Virus record (IMG/VR): IMGVR_UViG_2585427708_000005
DNA: 64,000 bases
From: a virus
Lineage: Duplodnaviria > Heunggongvirae > Uroviricota > Caudoviricetes
Strand: one strand, 5' to 3'
Each line of letters starts with the position of its first letter. The first letter of the stretch is position 1. The position numbers and the translations under genes are program-made. The notes under the pieces are model-generated. The model did no database searches. It had not been told where the DNA came from and saw nothing but the letters and a program-made list of their open reading frames with translations. Shown piece after piece: positions 1 through 11,370 of the stretch.

Positions 1-1
1 C

Positions 2-1106
<1,105 letters not shown>

Positions 1107-1135
1107 GAAAAGCCCGGCGATCGGGCTTTTCTTTT
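1107..1135. terminator. rho-independent terminator between convergent genes
   Basis: hairpin aaaagcccg-gcgat-cgggctttt followed by T-run. Confidence 0.7.
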
Positions 1136-1151
1136 ATAATGGGTTCAATTT

Positions 1152-2150
1152 TTATCCGTTACCGCACGACGGTTTCTGCGTGATAAACGTCTCAAGCATC
1201 TTTTCCGCAATTGCCGACCAGGTGTGACACTGGACCTTTTCAGCATTTTTCACGCGATCAACGCGAGCAATAACCTCATCCCAATCAATCCGCGACTTGA
1301 TAACCATATGGTTCACCAAAGCCAGGCGATCTGGCGGAAGGCAATCGGGAGGCGTTAATACCAACGCCCCGCACATTGCCGCCTCAAGAACAGTTAATCC
1401 AAGGCTTTCGGGATGCGTAACGATAAAAACGTCACTCTTACGCAATTCAGCTGCAAATTCGGTTGCTGGCACCGGCGTCCGTCTGTATGGAGTTACCGAA
1501 ATATTCCCCGGATCAATGGTAACCAATCCATCATCAGTCAACGTTCTGGCCTCATACGGAACGGTCAGACGCTGAAGGTTCATAAGGATACTTAAGGAGT
1601 GATCAAAACCACTAACATCAAATGCAGCGTGGTCTACAAAAATACGCAGAACATCGTCTGTTTTGGTTTCCAGATGGAACAGATCCTGATTCGCTGCCCA
1701 TCCAACATGTTTGTTAAAGCGATTATGACGCTCTAACCTGCCGGGATTATCCAGGTACCGCCAGGTATCATCGCGGACAGTAAAAGTAATATCGACTGGT
1801 GCCGAATCCAGCATAGAACCGTCGTATACCTGGGCTACCCATCCAGTGAATCGACGACGCAGTTGCACTCCTATTTCCCTGGGCACCGTAGTAAAATACC
1901 GCAATCCTGGCGCTAAAATGGCTTTCGCAGAACACGAGGTCGCAGCGGTCAACACAGCTTCAACATAATCCTCCTGGCTTTCGACGCTGGGGGAATATGG
2001 ACGATGGTATTGCAATGTTACCCCTGCCTCACTAAAGGCGCAGGCCAGGTTATAAGCCCACATTTCCGTATATGTTTTCACATCACTGATAGCTTCAAAT
2101 TTTCGCCCAATGATCAGGATGTTCATCGGCTTTTCCTCATTCCATTGCAT
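1152..2150 (-). CDS. GT-B fold glycosyltransferase-like protein (332 aa), translationally coupled downstream of ban
   Basis: E-x7-E motif (ESLGLTVLEAAMCGALVL) typical of retaining GT4-type glycosyltransferases; start codon overlaps ban stop by 1 nt. Confidence 0.5.
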   Translation of the reverse strand: MQWNEEKPMNILIIGRKFEAISDVKTYTEMWAYNLACAFSEAGVTLQYHRPYSPSVESQEDYVEAVLTAATSCSAKAILAPGLRYFTTVPREIGVQLRRRFTGWVAQVYDGSMLDSAPVDITFTVRDDTWRYLDNPGRLERHNRFNKHVGWAANQDLFHLETKTDDVLRIFVDHAAFDVSGFDHSLSILMNLQRLTVPYEARTLTDDGLVTIDPGNISVTPYRRTPVPATEFAAELRKSDVFIVTHPESLGLTVLEAAMCGALVLTPPDCLPPDRLALVNHMVIKSRIDWDEVIARVDRVKNAEKVQCHTWSAIAEKMLETFITQKPSCGNG

Positions 2151-3520
2151 TAATAATCCTCTTGCCAGTCAGCACCGGCATAGTTATCAAACCGTGAGTA
2201 TTGGCCGTTAAAAGCCAATCTCACCGTGCCAATTGGGCCATTTCGTTGCTTACCGATAATCACCTCGGCAATGCCCTTCATTTCGCTATCCGGGTGATAA
2301 ACTTCGTCGCGATACAGAAACATGATCAGGTCTGCGTCCTGCTCAATTGCTCCTGATTCACGTAAATCTGAATTTACCGGTCGTTTGTCCGCACGCTGTT
2401 CAAGCGATCGATTAAGTTGTGACAATGCCACCACCGGTACTTGTAATTCCTTCGCCAAAGCCTTCAGTGAGCGAGAAATCTCGGCAATTTCCAGCGTTCG
2501 GTTATCTTGCAGCTCGGGGACGCGCATAAGTTGCAGGTAGTCGATCATAATCATGCTCAAACCACCATTTTCTTTATAAACACGACGAGCGCGGGAACGA
2601 AGCTCTGTAGGTGTCAGGGCGCTTGAGTCATCAATAAAAATATTCTGCTTGTCCAACAGAATCCCCATTGCGCCAGAAACCCGCGCCCAATCCTCGTCGT
2701 TAAGTTGCCCTGTTCGAATACGAGTCTGATCAACGCGTGCAAGAGAAGCCAGTGAGCGCATCATCAGTTGGTGGCTCGGCATCTCAAGGCTAAAAACCAA
2801 TACGGGCTTATCGTTACGGACTGCGGCATTTTCGACGAGATTCATCGCAAACGTAGTCTTCCCCATCGATGGGCGGGCGGCGACAATAATGAGATCGGAC
2901 GCCTGAAGTCCTGCCGTCTTCTTATTGAGATCGGTAAATCCGGTATCAAGCCCCGTTACACCATCATGCGGTCGCTGAAACAACTCTTCTATGCGAGATA
3001 CCGTTGCATCGAGAATGCTGGCGATATCTTTTGGACCACTACCGCTCTTTTGTCGTTTTTCAGCTATTTCAAAAACGCGGCGCTCGGCCATATCCAGCAA
3101 TTCATTGCTGCCCCTGCCATCCTGCGCATATCCAGCTTCAGCTATTTCATTTGCGACGGAAATCATTTCACGAACAACCGCGCGTTCACGAACGATATCC
3201 GCATAAGCACAAATATTTGCCGCGCTGGGCGTGTTCTTTGACATCTCCGCAAGGTACGCAAAACCACCGGCGCGTTCTAATTTACCGTTCTGTTCAAGTG
3301 CTTCAGCAAGTGTTATCAAATCAATCGGTTTGCCATGACTTAATAACCTCTCCATCTCACTGAAAATTTCACGATGAGCACTGGTATAAAAATCATCAGC
3401 AACTATACGATCTGCAACTTCATCCCAGCGGCAGTTATCAAGCATTAAGCCACCAAGTACAGCTTGTTCTGCACTAAGGGAATTTGGCATGGATTCAAGA
3501 GGGGATGCAGACATTAGCAC
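2150..3520 (-). CDS. ban: DnaB-family replicative helicase (Ban-like)
   Basis: 456 aa; N-terminal DnaB domain (AEQAVLGGLMLD), Walker A GKT (AARPSMGKTTFAMN), Walker B/arginine finger regions, C-terminal typical of DnaB; position after tRNA cluster as in P1. Confidence 0.9.
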   Translation of the reverse strand: MLMSASPLESMPNSLSAEQAVLGGLMLDNCRWDEVADRIVADDFYTSAHREIFSEMERLLSHGKPIDLITLAEALEQNGKLERAGGFAYLAEMSKNTPSAANICAYADIVRERAVVREMISVANEIAEAGYAQDGRGSNELLDMAERRVFEIAEKRQKSGSGPKDIASILDATVSRIEELFQRPHDGVTGLDTGFTDLNKKTAGLQASDLIIVAARPSMGKTTFAMNLVENAAVRNDKPVLVFSLEMPSHQLMMRSLASLARVDQTRIRTGQLNDEDWARVSGAMGILLDKQNIFIDDSSALTPTELRSRARRVYKENGGLSMIMIDYLQLMRVPELQDNRTLEIAEISRSLKALAKELQVPVVALSQLNRSLEQRADKRPVNSDLRESGAIEQDADLIMFLYRDEVYHPDSEMKGIAEVIIGKQRNGPIGTVRLAFNGQYSRFDNYAGADWQEDY

Positions 3521-3794
3521 TCCACCCAGGCGTGCTGAATGTCAGATATAATCGGCATACTCAAATCACTCCTAACGATATGAGTCATCACCAGAAAATC
3601 AGGATTAATGCGCCGGACTCTTCCCGGCTGTCACACCGAATCGCCAGGATGGTGAATCCGCAGTCCGACGCTATGAACGGGGCTTGCACATTCCGGCTAC
3701 CTGGTTTGTTGCCTGAGCTAGGGGAAAGGTTACCCCTTTAACGTCACCAGACCGCTAACGACGCATGTGCCAGACGCCGTGTTACAACCAAATA

Positions 3795-3870
3795 TGGTGG
3801 CCCCTACCGGACTTGAACCGGTGACCGTGCGATTATGAGTCGCCAGCTCTAACCACTGAGCTAAAGGGCC
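3795..3870 (-). tRNA. tRNA-Ile2-like (anticodon CAU, lysidine type; Met cannot be excluded)
   Basis: 76 nt, perfect 7-bp acceptor stem with one G-U, D-arm GCTCAGTGGTTAGAGC, anticodon loop CTCATAA, T-loop GGTTCAAGTCC, encoded CCA; near-identical in arms to E. coli ileX as remembered. Confidence 0.75.
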
Positions 3871-3897
3871 GGATTACTGCCAATTTTGCTTACGCTT

Positions 3898-4725
3898 TTA
3901 TTTCACCGGAACAAACGGAACAGCGGTATTACTGGTCATATACTGCGGTAATGTACCGTTCCATTTGTTGATCGCTTCCAAGTCCATAACACCGGGGTTC
4001 TGGCGCAGAGCTTCACCACGTAAACGAATGGCATCAGCTTCGGCCTGGGCTTTTGTGCGAATAGCATCAGCCTGTCCGGCAGCTTCCGCGCGCAGCATGT
4101 TGGCCTCTGCTTCACGTTGTTTGACCTCTTGCTCGCGTTGCAGGGTTTTTTGGTTTGCCGTGACTTTGGCGTTAATACTGTCAATAACTGTTGGCGGGTA
4201 TTCTGGCTTACCTACATAAGAGAGGCTCATCACCTGAATGCCGATTGGCGTCATTTCTTCCTGAATGTCTTTAAGGGCTGCATCAAGCAATTCAGATTTG
4301 CCACCGTCGATAAATTTGTCGGTGGTCATTTTGCTGGCTAATCGGTTCAGAGCATCTGCAACCTTCTGGCGTAGATCGGTATCAGTAATATCATCTACAC
4401 CTTTGCGATAGGTCTGAAATACCGTTGTGACTTTTGCTGGATCAACCTTGTAGGCTACGCCGATGTGGTAACCAATGGTTGTTCCGTCGCTCATCTGGAA
4501 GCTGAACGGCTCATCGTATGTCTTCATTTGCTTAAAGGTCGGGAAGATATAAACTTCAGTATTCAAGCCTGTCCAGTAGCGACCAACGCCAACTACTTCA
4601 CCGATACCTTTATCATCCCCCAGCTTATTTACTTTGATCCCTACGTTACCTGGCTCTACCCGATCGCATCCGGTCAGACATAAAGAACCCAAAATAATCG
4701 CTGCACTAATCAACGTTTTTTTCAT
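3898..4725 (-). CDS. SPFH/band-7 domain lipoprotein (275 aa)
   Basis: signal peptide with lipobox LCLTGC; SPFH-like core followed by Ala/Glu/Arg-rich coiled coil (QREQEVKQREAEANMLRAEAAGQADAIRTKAQAEADAIR). Confidence 0.65.
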   Translation of the reverse strand: MKKTLISAAIILGSLCLTGCDRVEPGNVGIKVNKLGDDKGIGEVVGVGRYWTGLNTEVYIFPTFKQMKTYDEPFSFQMSDGTTIGYHIGVAYKVDPAKVTTVFQTYRKGVDDITDTDLRQKVADALNRLASKMTTDKFIDGGKSELLDAALKDIQEEMTPIGIQVMSLSYVGKPEYPPTVIDSINAKVTANQKTLQREQEVKQREAEANMLRAEAAGQADAIRTKAQAEADAIRLRGEALRQNPGVMDLEAINKWNGTLPQYMTSNTAVPFVPVK

Positions 4726-4942
4726 TAATTAATTTCCTGGTTTTTTCACGAAAAAAGACTACTGCGAAAGCCGGGTAAATGAGCGCGAGAAGGACTCCCA
4801 ACAATACAAGTATTGTGCTGTTAGATGAGATCATATTTGGCAAAAGCCAAACATACAGAACCAGTGACACAATCAAACAGAGGACGGCATAAATATATAA
4901 CCGCACCCATAGCGTTCGACATTTGTTCGGATTGTTCTGCAT
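4706..4942 (-). CDS. small inner-membrane protein (78 aa, two predicted TM helices), overlapping start of SPFH gene
   Basis: hydrophobic segments YIYAVLCLIVSLVLYVWLL and ILVLLGVLLALIYPAFAVVFF; 20-nt overlap with downstream SPFH gene suggests coupling. Confidence 0.4.
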   Translation of the reverse strand: MQNNPNKCRTLWVRLYIYAVLCLIVSLVLYVWLLPNMISSNSTILVLLGVLLALIYPAFAVVFFREKTRKLINEKNVD

Positions 4943-5815
4943 CCTCTCACTCCATTATTTAACGAATAAAAAAGCTGCGGTGCCGGGTTCCTCCCGGTGT
5001 CCTTTGGCTGGTTATCCACCGTGGACGTGGAAACAAGGAGAAATAATGGACAGATATAACCATTTCCCCGCGTGCGCTTAGCCGCATTCACCGCAACGGA
5101 AAGAGCATTCTTGGTGGACCTGTAGATTGGGATATGAACCCGTTACAGGAGAATGCTCTTACCTGTTACGTGCTCCGTTTCGTGGAGCTAACGGCGGGTG
5201 ATCAGACCGCACCAGACTGGACTTATTTCAGCGTTATGCTCATGCCAGAGAATCAAACTGTGATGGTCGGTGCTGAACTCCGACACAGGGTTGTAGCAAG
5301 CCCCGCAAAGCGCGCACTACTGTAGTTGCGGCACATCAGCCTGTGCATTCACCACAATGTTGAGAACACTGGTTGTCACGCGGCAACGCAACATTTATTC
5401 GTAGATTGGGATATGACCCCGTTACGCCAGTGTTCTCAACGTTGTAGTTGTTATGCGTATTCTCTTACTAACCGCACACCAATACATTTCCCATCACGTT
5501 CATTTGTCTCGAAACGTGAATACTTAAGTTCGCCGTTAATAATCGCTGTTACAACCCGTATCCCGTTAAACGCCCACATATTTCGCTCCATTTACACACA
5601 TTACCAGTCGCCGGTTACGGTTCCGGCCAGGCCTCTTCCTCAACGGGGTGTTCTCCATACGGACTACCGTTTATTGGTCGTTCCTGCGGTTTATGTTGTG
5701 AAGCCAGATGCTTATCTTCTGGTTGCTTCTAAGATCTGCACTTCATCACAACGGTAAGAGCACTCGATGCATTTAAGCCAGGCCCCATAAGGGAGAATGC
5801 TCTTACCTGTTATGT

Positions 5816-5891
5816 TGGTGCCGATTAACGGGATCGAACCGCTGACCATTCGCTTACAAAGCGACTGCTCTACCAACTGAGCTAAATCGGC
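5816..5891 (-). tRNA. tRNA-Thr (anticodon UGU)
   Basis: 76 nt; acceptor GCCGATT/AATCGGC, D-arm GCTCAGTTGGTAGAGC, anticodon loop TTTGTAA, T-loop GGTTCGATCC, encoded CCA. Confidence 0.75.
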
Positions 5892-5895
5892 AATG

Positions 5896-5982
5896 TGGTG
5901 GGGAGTGATGGAGTCGAACCACCCGAGTCGCAATGACAGTAGATTTACAGTCTACCCCGCTACCCCTACGGACTAACTCCCC
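5896..5982 (-). tRNA. type II tRNA-like gene, tRNA-Tyr (GUA)-like, D-arm atypical
   Basis: 87 nt; perfect acceptor GGGGAGT/ACTCCCC, anticodon stem-loop GTAGA-CTGTAAA-TCTAC, long variable arm resembling E. coli tRNA-Tyr, T-arm GGTGG-TTCGACT-CCATC, encoded CCA. Confidence 0.5.
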
Positions 5983-5987
5983 TAAAG

Positions 5988-6062
5988 TGGCGATGGTGGG
6001 TGGATTCGAACTACCGACCAGTTGGTTAACAGCCAACTGCTCTACCGCTGAGCTACACCATC
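5988..6062 (-). tRNA. tRNA-Asn (anticodon GUU)
   Basis: 75 nt; acceptor GATGGTG/CACCATC, D-arm GCTCAGCGGTAGAGC, anticodon loop CTGTTAA, T-loop TTCGAAT, encoded CCA; one A-C mismatch in T-stem. Confidence 0.7.
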
Positions 6063-6727
6063 ACTTGCCGGGTACGTCTCCGGCGAGGGCTTCCACCTCC
6101 GTATGCTTTTCGGCGCACCGCGCCCTGGCTGCAATTCGGTAACAGGGGATGCATAACCCTGGCTTCCAGCGTGATTAGCGCCTTCAGCATGACGGGATAT
6201 ACCCGTAAATTCGTGGAACTGTACCCAAAGTGCTGTTAAGCACCGCTGTTACGCTGAAAAGAAAACGCAACAGGAAAGGACGCTGACCAACAGATGGCCC
6301 CTTCTCGTTCATCTGGTTAATCACACCAGCGCCCTTACCTGTTGTGCCTCCCCGTTCCCTAATACACAGACGGGGACACTCTGCGGTCGATTTTTTGACG
6401 GGGGACGACTCATACCCCATGGCATCTGGCTTCTTAGGCCGCTACCATCATCAGATCATCGTTTGCATTTACTTTAATGGTCAGTTTCTAAACCGCCGCA
6501 AAGTCGCTAACCATGACGAAAACCCTGAAAAAAACGCCCACCCGAAGATGGGCAAACTGGACGCTCGTAACGCACTTCGGCGTTGCCACTTAGGCGCATG
6601 GTCAACCTGGCAACTCGGTGGTTTGTCTGGGAGGACTAGGCCCAGCCATGCTTACCGCCGCGCCTGTCGCGGCTAACAGCTAAATCGCTCTATAAATCAC
6701 GATTCATTGAGGTGATATTACACTAAT

Positions 6728-6744
6728 AAATTTATTAGAGCAAT
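6728..6744. promoter_or_regulatory. C1 repressor operator-like site (AAATTTATTAGAGCAAT), upstream of tRNA-ban operon
   Basis: 17/17 match to reverse complement of P1 C1 operator consensus ATTGCTCTAATAAATTT. Confidence 0.6.
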
Positions 6745-9700
6745 ATACCCAAAACGTCATGAGCTACACCTCGAGTGTCCCCCTTACAAGACACAGAACG
6801 TCTGGCAAAAAGAGGTTCCACTCTGAAGCCACTGTCATGATAAAGCTCTCTGATGTTTGGCGCGCCACTGTTAGTAATGAGAACCTTTGCACCTCGACGA
6901 TGAGCATCCGTCAACAGAGACACCAGGCGTTTTTGCTCTTCAAACTTAAAGTCATGACCGGAATAGTTCGTGAATCCCTCTGTATTTGGAAGCGGTTCAT
7001 ACGGCGGATCGCAAAAGATGACATCTCCTTCTCCGGCAGCTTCAATCACCGCTGCAAAATCACCGCATACAAACTCAGACCGCCCTTCCGCACCGAGGAA
7101 GGCTTCCATCTCCTGTAATGGGAAATACGGAGTTTTATACTTCCCATAACCGACATTGAACTCACCGGCCTGGTTGTAACGCGTCAATCCGTTAAAACAA
7201 TGTCGGTTCAGGAACAAAAACGCCGCTGCGCGATGTAAATCATCATAGACTTGTTTGTTAAACGCATTCCGTACTGCCAGGTATCCTTCCTGTGTGTTGT
7301 AGTCCTGGAAGAAACGATGTGCCAGAGTGATAAGTGAATGCGCCTCGCGTTGCAGAGTCTTGTAAAAGTTAATCAGGTCAGCATTCACATCATTTAGCAG
7401 ATTTTCCTGGTATCCGGCATTCATGAAGACAGCTCCGCCACCAACGAAAGGTTCAATCAGGCGCTTCCCTTCTGGCAAATAGCGAAAGATTTGTTCCAGA
7501 ACACCAAATTTTCCACCAGCCCATTTGAATATGGACCGTTCGAATTCTGCCGCTGGTTTAACTTTTCGCTCTTTTGTTTCACTTCCTTCTTTCTGCCGAC
7601 ATACGGCCTTAGTAATCCGATCGCCAATCCAGCGCATTACTGGTATTGCCATACTATTGCCGATCGCTTTGTAACGCGGTCCGTCAGCTGCAAGCATCGC
7701 GGCCTCTTCTTCGCTTAAATCTGGATAGTGATTGCGAAGGTATGCCAGTTCATCTGAAGAAACTTTTTTACGCTTTTCCGTCGGGATCAACGTATGCCCC
7801 TCAGGAAAACCTTGCAGCCTTTCACATTCGACAGGGGTAAGACGGCGGACAGCTACTTCTGCGTTTCTTACTTCATAGCAAACAGCTGTTGGATTTTTAG
7901 CCATTAGAGATGGTGAAGTATTCTTAGTTGCAGCATGTTGTGTACCGCTCATACGCTCAGGAAAAGCCAATGTAACAAGATGCTCATGGCTTTCTTGCTC
8001 ACGTGCCCGCAATGTACCATGCCCTTCTGACCAAAAACCTGCTCCTGTGCTGCTAAAAACGGCAAGGTCAGTGGCATCTTTAAAATCTCTTGCCTTTACT
8101 GTCGATGCGGTTTCATCGTCAATATATTCCCCAAATGCTGCCATCCTGAAAGCGTTTACGGCTTTCGTCGATTTCATACCGGGTGGCATGTCAGCGTGTA
8201 GGCATGGATTTAGGCTTTCGCCACTGATTGCAGCGCCATTTGCAATAATGGCGGAAGCGATTTCCTTCTTTTTTCGGCTCGGCGCAATATTCCGGCGCAC
8301 GCCTTCGAACTCAAAAAGTACCGTTGCGGGATCGAGATCTGTTCGAGCACTTGCGACAACAAACACGCGTCGGCGTCGTTGTGCCACTCCGAAGTATTGG
8401 GCATCAAGGATTCTCCAGGCCACTTTTCGCTGCGGTCCATAAATACAACCACACTGCGGCCACTTTGGAACATGGCAACCGGTTTTGCCATCCCACCGCC
8501 AGAACGCGTTGCTTTTTCCTGATTCAGGTCGATCACCTGGTTCAAATGGCACATCTTCTCCAGCCAATCCGGCAAGGAAACATCCGAAGGCGTTATCTGC
8601 CGATGACAAGACTCCTGGGACATTTTCCCAGACGATAACGGCTGGTTTGAGAAATGACTCAGCCCGTTTGTCGTCAATTGCATTTGCAAGCTCCACATAC
8701 TTTAAAGTTAGCGCGCCACGCTCATCATCAAGCCCACCACGTAATCCCGCGATACTGAATGCCTGACAGTTATGGACCACCGCACCATTGAGGATATAGG
8801 AATGATCACCTTCGACTTCTATGTTGTATACAGTATCTAGGCCTACCGATTTAAACTCTTTGACTGTTCGTAAAAGCATTCCATGAGCCAATCTTGATTT
8901 ACGTGACAATTTCTGCGGGCAGATTGTTACCTGATAATAATTCCGTTGATTTACCACGCGATCCTCGATCACTTTTTTGGGCTCAACTTCAATAAAGCTG
9001 ACCGAAGAAACATAACCACAAGTCTGTGACAACCCCGCAACGCCCCAAGCAAGCGCAGAACTAACACTATTAATTCTAAATCCCGCTTTACCACTTGGTG
9101 TCCCATCAGTATCAAGATAGCCTTGTAAAAACACATGACGCAATGGATGCGACATCACCCATGCAGGGATACGCTTAGCATGGCTTAACTCGCCAAAATG
9201 TTCATTAAGCCAATTGGCATAACACGTATCATTCAAGGTTACTTTGATGCTCCCTCGGATTTCGCTTGCCACGGAAAATATGTTTTCTGGTATGCGGCAA
9301 TGAAACTTTCTCAATTTCTGGCAATTTATGCCAAAAACAACCGCCTTCTTAGATTTACCTCTCCATCTCCTAATATATCCATCGCCAACATAAGCGCCCG
9401 CAAGATACATAGCCTGTTCTTCAGACAAGAACCGAGAACAAATATCTGGAAATGCAATATTGAAATTAGTTAGAGCGCACCATTGATATCCCGGCATATC
9501 ACATGCTGCTCGCCATTCCGGTTCAGACAACAACTCTCTCTTAAAATATGTGCCATTTTTCCGGGTGTTTTGGGCTTTCCACCGAACAGCCAGGAAGGGA
9601 TGGTCATTGGTTGTTCTTATACCTAAAGGCTGCCCAACGGCATTAAGTAACCCCGTATTAGCTATTTTTGAACCAACTCTTTTTACTTGTTGTAACCGCC

Positions 9701-10022
9701 CGAGATGACTGACTACGTAATCACCAGGGCAAACATTTTCTATTGGTTTATAGCCATTTTTACAAAGAACCATATGCCCCGCGGTAAAACATGGTGTTCC
9801 CCCGACGAGCACGTCAGGGGATTCGATTTCCCCAGCCAAGACTTTTTTGGCAAGTTTTTTCATGTCGCCAAGGTTGGCAACATGGGGCCAGCGGAGCGCA
9901 AGAACGGCCGATGGAAAAGGCTCGATTTCAGCAAACCACGCCGGACGCATACCCAACGGTTCCCAGGCAATACTCGCGGCTTCAATTCCACTGCAAACAG
10001 ATCCATAGCACAGCTCTTTCAC
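6735..10022 (-). CDS. dmt: bifunctional DNA methyltransferase (N-terminal C5-cytosine MTase, C-terminal Dam-like N6-adenine MTase) interrupted by an intein
   Basis: GTG start overlapping rdgC stop; C5 motifs ENV (VIVWENVPG), [10 protein letters not shown], split PC-Q motif; Dam motifs [10 protein letters not shown] and DPPY; 1095 aa = ~754 aa extein + 341 aa insert. Confidence 0.85.
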   Translation of the reverse strand: MKELCYGSVCSGIEAASIAWEPLGMRPAWFAEIEPFPSAVLALRWPHVANLGDMKKLAKKVLAGEIESPDVLVGGTPCFTAGHMVLCKNGYKPIENVCPGDYVVSHLGRLQQVKRVGSKIANTGLLNAVGQPLGIRTTNDHPFLAVRWKAQNTRKNGTYFKRELLSEPEWRAACDMPGYQWCALTNFNIAFPDICSRFLSEEQAMYLAGAYVGDGYIRRWRGKSKKAVVFGINCQKLRKFHCRIPENIFSVASEIRGSIKVTLNDTCYANWLNEHFGELSHAKRIPAWVMSHPLRHVFLQGYLDTDGTPSGKAGFRINSVSSALAWGVAGLSQTCGYVSSVSFIEVEPKKVIEDRVVNQRNYYQVTICPQKLSRKSRLAHGMLLRTVKEFKSVGLDTVYNIEVEGDHSYILNGAVVHNCQAFSIAGLRGGLDDERGALTLKYVELANAIDDKRAESFLKPAVIVWENVPGVLSSADNAFGCFLAGLAGEDVPFEPGDRPESGKSNAFWRWDGKTGCHVPKWPQCGCIYGPQRKVAWRILDAQYFGVAQRRRRVFVVASARTDLDPATVLFEFEGVRRNIAPSRKKKEIASAIIANGAAISGESLNPCLHADMPPGMKSTKAVNAFRMAAFGEYIDDETASTVKARDFKDATDLAVFSSTGAGFWSEGHGTLRAREQESHEHLVTLAFPERMSGTQHAATKNTSPSLMAKNPTAVCYEVRNAEVAVRRLTPVECERLQGFPEGHTLIPTEKRKKVSSDELAYLRNHYPDLSEEEAAMLAADGPRYKAIGNSMAIPVMRWIGDRITKAVCRQKEGSETKERKVKPAAEFERSIFKWAGGKFGVLEQIFRYLPEGKRLIEPFVGGGAVFMNAGYQENLLNDVNADLINFYKTLQREAHSLITLAHRFFQDYNTQEGYLAVRNAFNKQVYDDLHRAAAFLFLNRHCFNGLTRYNQAGEFNVGYGKYKTPYFPLQEMEAFLGAEGRSEFVCGDFAAVIEAAGEGDVIFCDPPYEPLPNTEGFTNYSGHDFKFEEQKRLVSLLTDAHRRGAKVLITNSGAPNIRELYHDSGFRVEPLFARRSVSCKGDTRGVAHDVLGILL
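8769..9791 (-). other. intein (341 aa) with LAGLIDADG homing-endonuclease domain inside dmt
   Basis: insert begins CFTAGHMVL (Cys1), contains TxxH block (TTNDHPF), two LAGLIDADG motifs ([13 protein letters not shown]; [13 protein letters not shown]), ends ...[20 protein letters not shown] followed by Cys+1; excision restores [12 protein letters not shown]. Confidence 0.75.
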
Positions 10023-10924
10023 TGCTTAGCCTCTCCGCCAAGGGCATTTACCAGAGCATCAACCAGGCACGAAATTTCACTGGTCAACAGGAAGAAATCT
10101 GCGTCCAGTCGCTGCGCAACATCTTCACTATCAATATCAGAGTTCTGCTCAAGCAATTCATCCGCAAATTTGACGCTGGTAAGGCTGAAGTTATGGTCCA
10201 GTGTAAATTTAATGCGGTTCTGCCAGTCGAGTGCCAACTTAGTGACGAGCTTGCCAGCTTCCAGGTGTGTGGAAATTTCATCGCTTCCCAAATCCTGCTT
10301 TTTCACTCGGGCAATACCGCCATCCTCAAGCACTGCCTTAAGTTCTGCCGCATCCCCCATTTGAAATCCCTGTGGAGCACTACCATCACGTACCCAGTCG
10401 GTCAGCGTTAATTCAATGGGATTTTCAACACTCAGGGGAACAGCAGGAAGAGAACCCAGAGACTTACGCATAAGCGCGAGCATATCCTCTGCCTGCCGCG
10501 CGCTGGCATTGATATAGATACGTTTAGTTGAACCGTCGTAGATCGCCTGGATAACAGAAAACTTTGAAAAAGCCCGTGGCAGAAGAGAATGCAGAACTTC
10601 GTCTTTCAGGGAGTCCTTCTCTGTTTTCTTCAGTTTACGCGCTTGTTCTTGCTCAAGTTTTTCAATTTTTTCTTGAATAGCTCGCTGGATAACCGGCGGG
10701 GGAAGAATTTTTGTTTCGCGCTTTGCTTCAACAAGGATAAAACCATTTCCATGCATAGCGATAACTTCAGAATTATCACCAAATGGCGATACAAAACCGA
10801 ACTTGGCCATATCCTGACTACCGCATGGCGTGAAAAGGAGCATTTTCTTTTTATCTTCTAAGTCGGTCAGATCCGCCTCACGAGAAAGTTTATAAATAGT
10901 AATGTTTTTCCAGTGCTTAAACAT
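10019..10924 (-). CDS. rdgC: RdgC-like recombination-associated protein
   Basis: ~301 aa from internal Met ([13 protein letters not shown]...), length and N-terminus typical of RdgC; the ORF-track 5' extension from TTG is probably not translated; coordinates near 10920-10981 uncertain by 1 nt. Confidence 0.75.
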   Translation of the reverse strand: MFKHWKNITIYKLSREADLTDLEDKKKMLLFTPCGSQDMAKFGFVSPFGDNSEVIAMHGNGFILVEAKRETKILPPPVIQRAIQEKIEKLEQEQARKLKKTEKDSLKDEVLHSLLPRAFSKFSVIQAIYDGSTKRIYINASARQAEDMLALMRKSLGSLPAVPLSVENPIELTLTDWVRDGSAPQGFQMGDAAELKAVLEDGGIARVKKQDLGSDEISTHLEAGKLVTKLALDWQNRIKFTLDHNFSLTSVKFADELLEQNSDIDSEDVAQRLDADFFLLTSEISCLVDALVNALGGEAKQ

Positions 10925-11273
10925 GTTGTAACCCTTGAATATCAACCACAGAAAGCTCGTCTTTGTAGAAAAAGGCCAGGTTGTGGCACCCCCTCGTTTG
11001 AGCGTATGAGCTGGGACCAATTTCGTTCTTCCAGACAAATGGCTTCAAATCCGTACGGCGAAGCATAAAAACGCGATTTATTCCGCTCTGATTCCCAATG
11101 AGGCAAAAGCCTTCTTTCACCTTGATAGCCTGCAAGTTGTCGAGTTCACCGCTGGTTACACGGCTATCGAACTCTTTGCGGCTTATTAGCTCCATCTGCA
11201 TCTGACGACTCCAAACAAATGCCCATTGAAGGGCGATGGCTGAATGGTACCGAAAATACGACATAAAAAACAA
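10917..11273 (-). CDS. hypothetical protein upstream of rdgC (118 aa)
   Basis: ORF overlapping rdgC start by a few nt; start region coincides with C1 operator-like site; no motif. Confidence 0.35.
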   Translation of the reverse strand: MFFMSYFRYHSAIALQWAFVWSRQMQMELISRKEFDSRVTSGELDNLQAIKVKEGFCLIGNQSGINRVFMLRRTDLKPFVWKNEIGPSSYAQTRGCHNLAFFYKDELSVVDIQGLQHV

Positions 11274-11289
11274 TATTTATTAGAGCAAT
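11273..11289. promoter_or_regulatory. C1 operator-like site in divergent promoter region
   Basis: ATATTTATTAGAGCAAT, 16/17 to consensus. Confidence 0.55.
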
Positions 11290-11370
11290 TTTGCGATAAG
11301 TAAACGCCATACAGACCACAAATAACCTAAGTTAAAATAACGAAAATCAGAGCAAATAATTGGTGATGGC

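Noticed and set aside
5134-5757. ORFs 5134-5325 and 5326-5757 in the tRNA cluster spacer
   Set aside because: Region is dominated by RNA-like repeats and stems; ORFs lack RBS and have arbitrary composition; treated as non-coding RNA spacer
7491-9473. Several plus-strand ORFs (7491-7718, 7646-7840, 8047-8442, 8324-8638, 8485-8766, 9198-9473) inside the dmt region
   Set aside because: Antisense to a long gene with clear methyltransferase and intein motifs; no RBS or motifs of their own
10925-11038. N-terminal 38-codon extension of the rdgC ORF from a TTG start
   Set aside because: RdgC homology begins at the internal Met (MFKHW...); the extension overlaps the upstream gene and is probably untranslated. 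My manual translation of this stretch also disagreed with the ORF track by two compensating single-base indels, which I could not resolve
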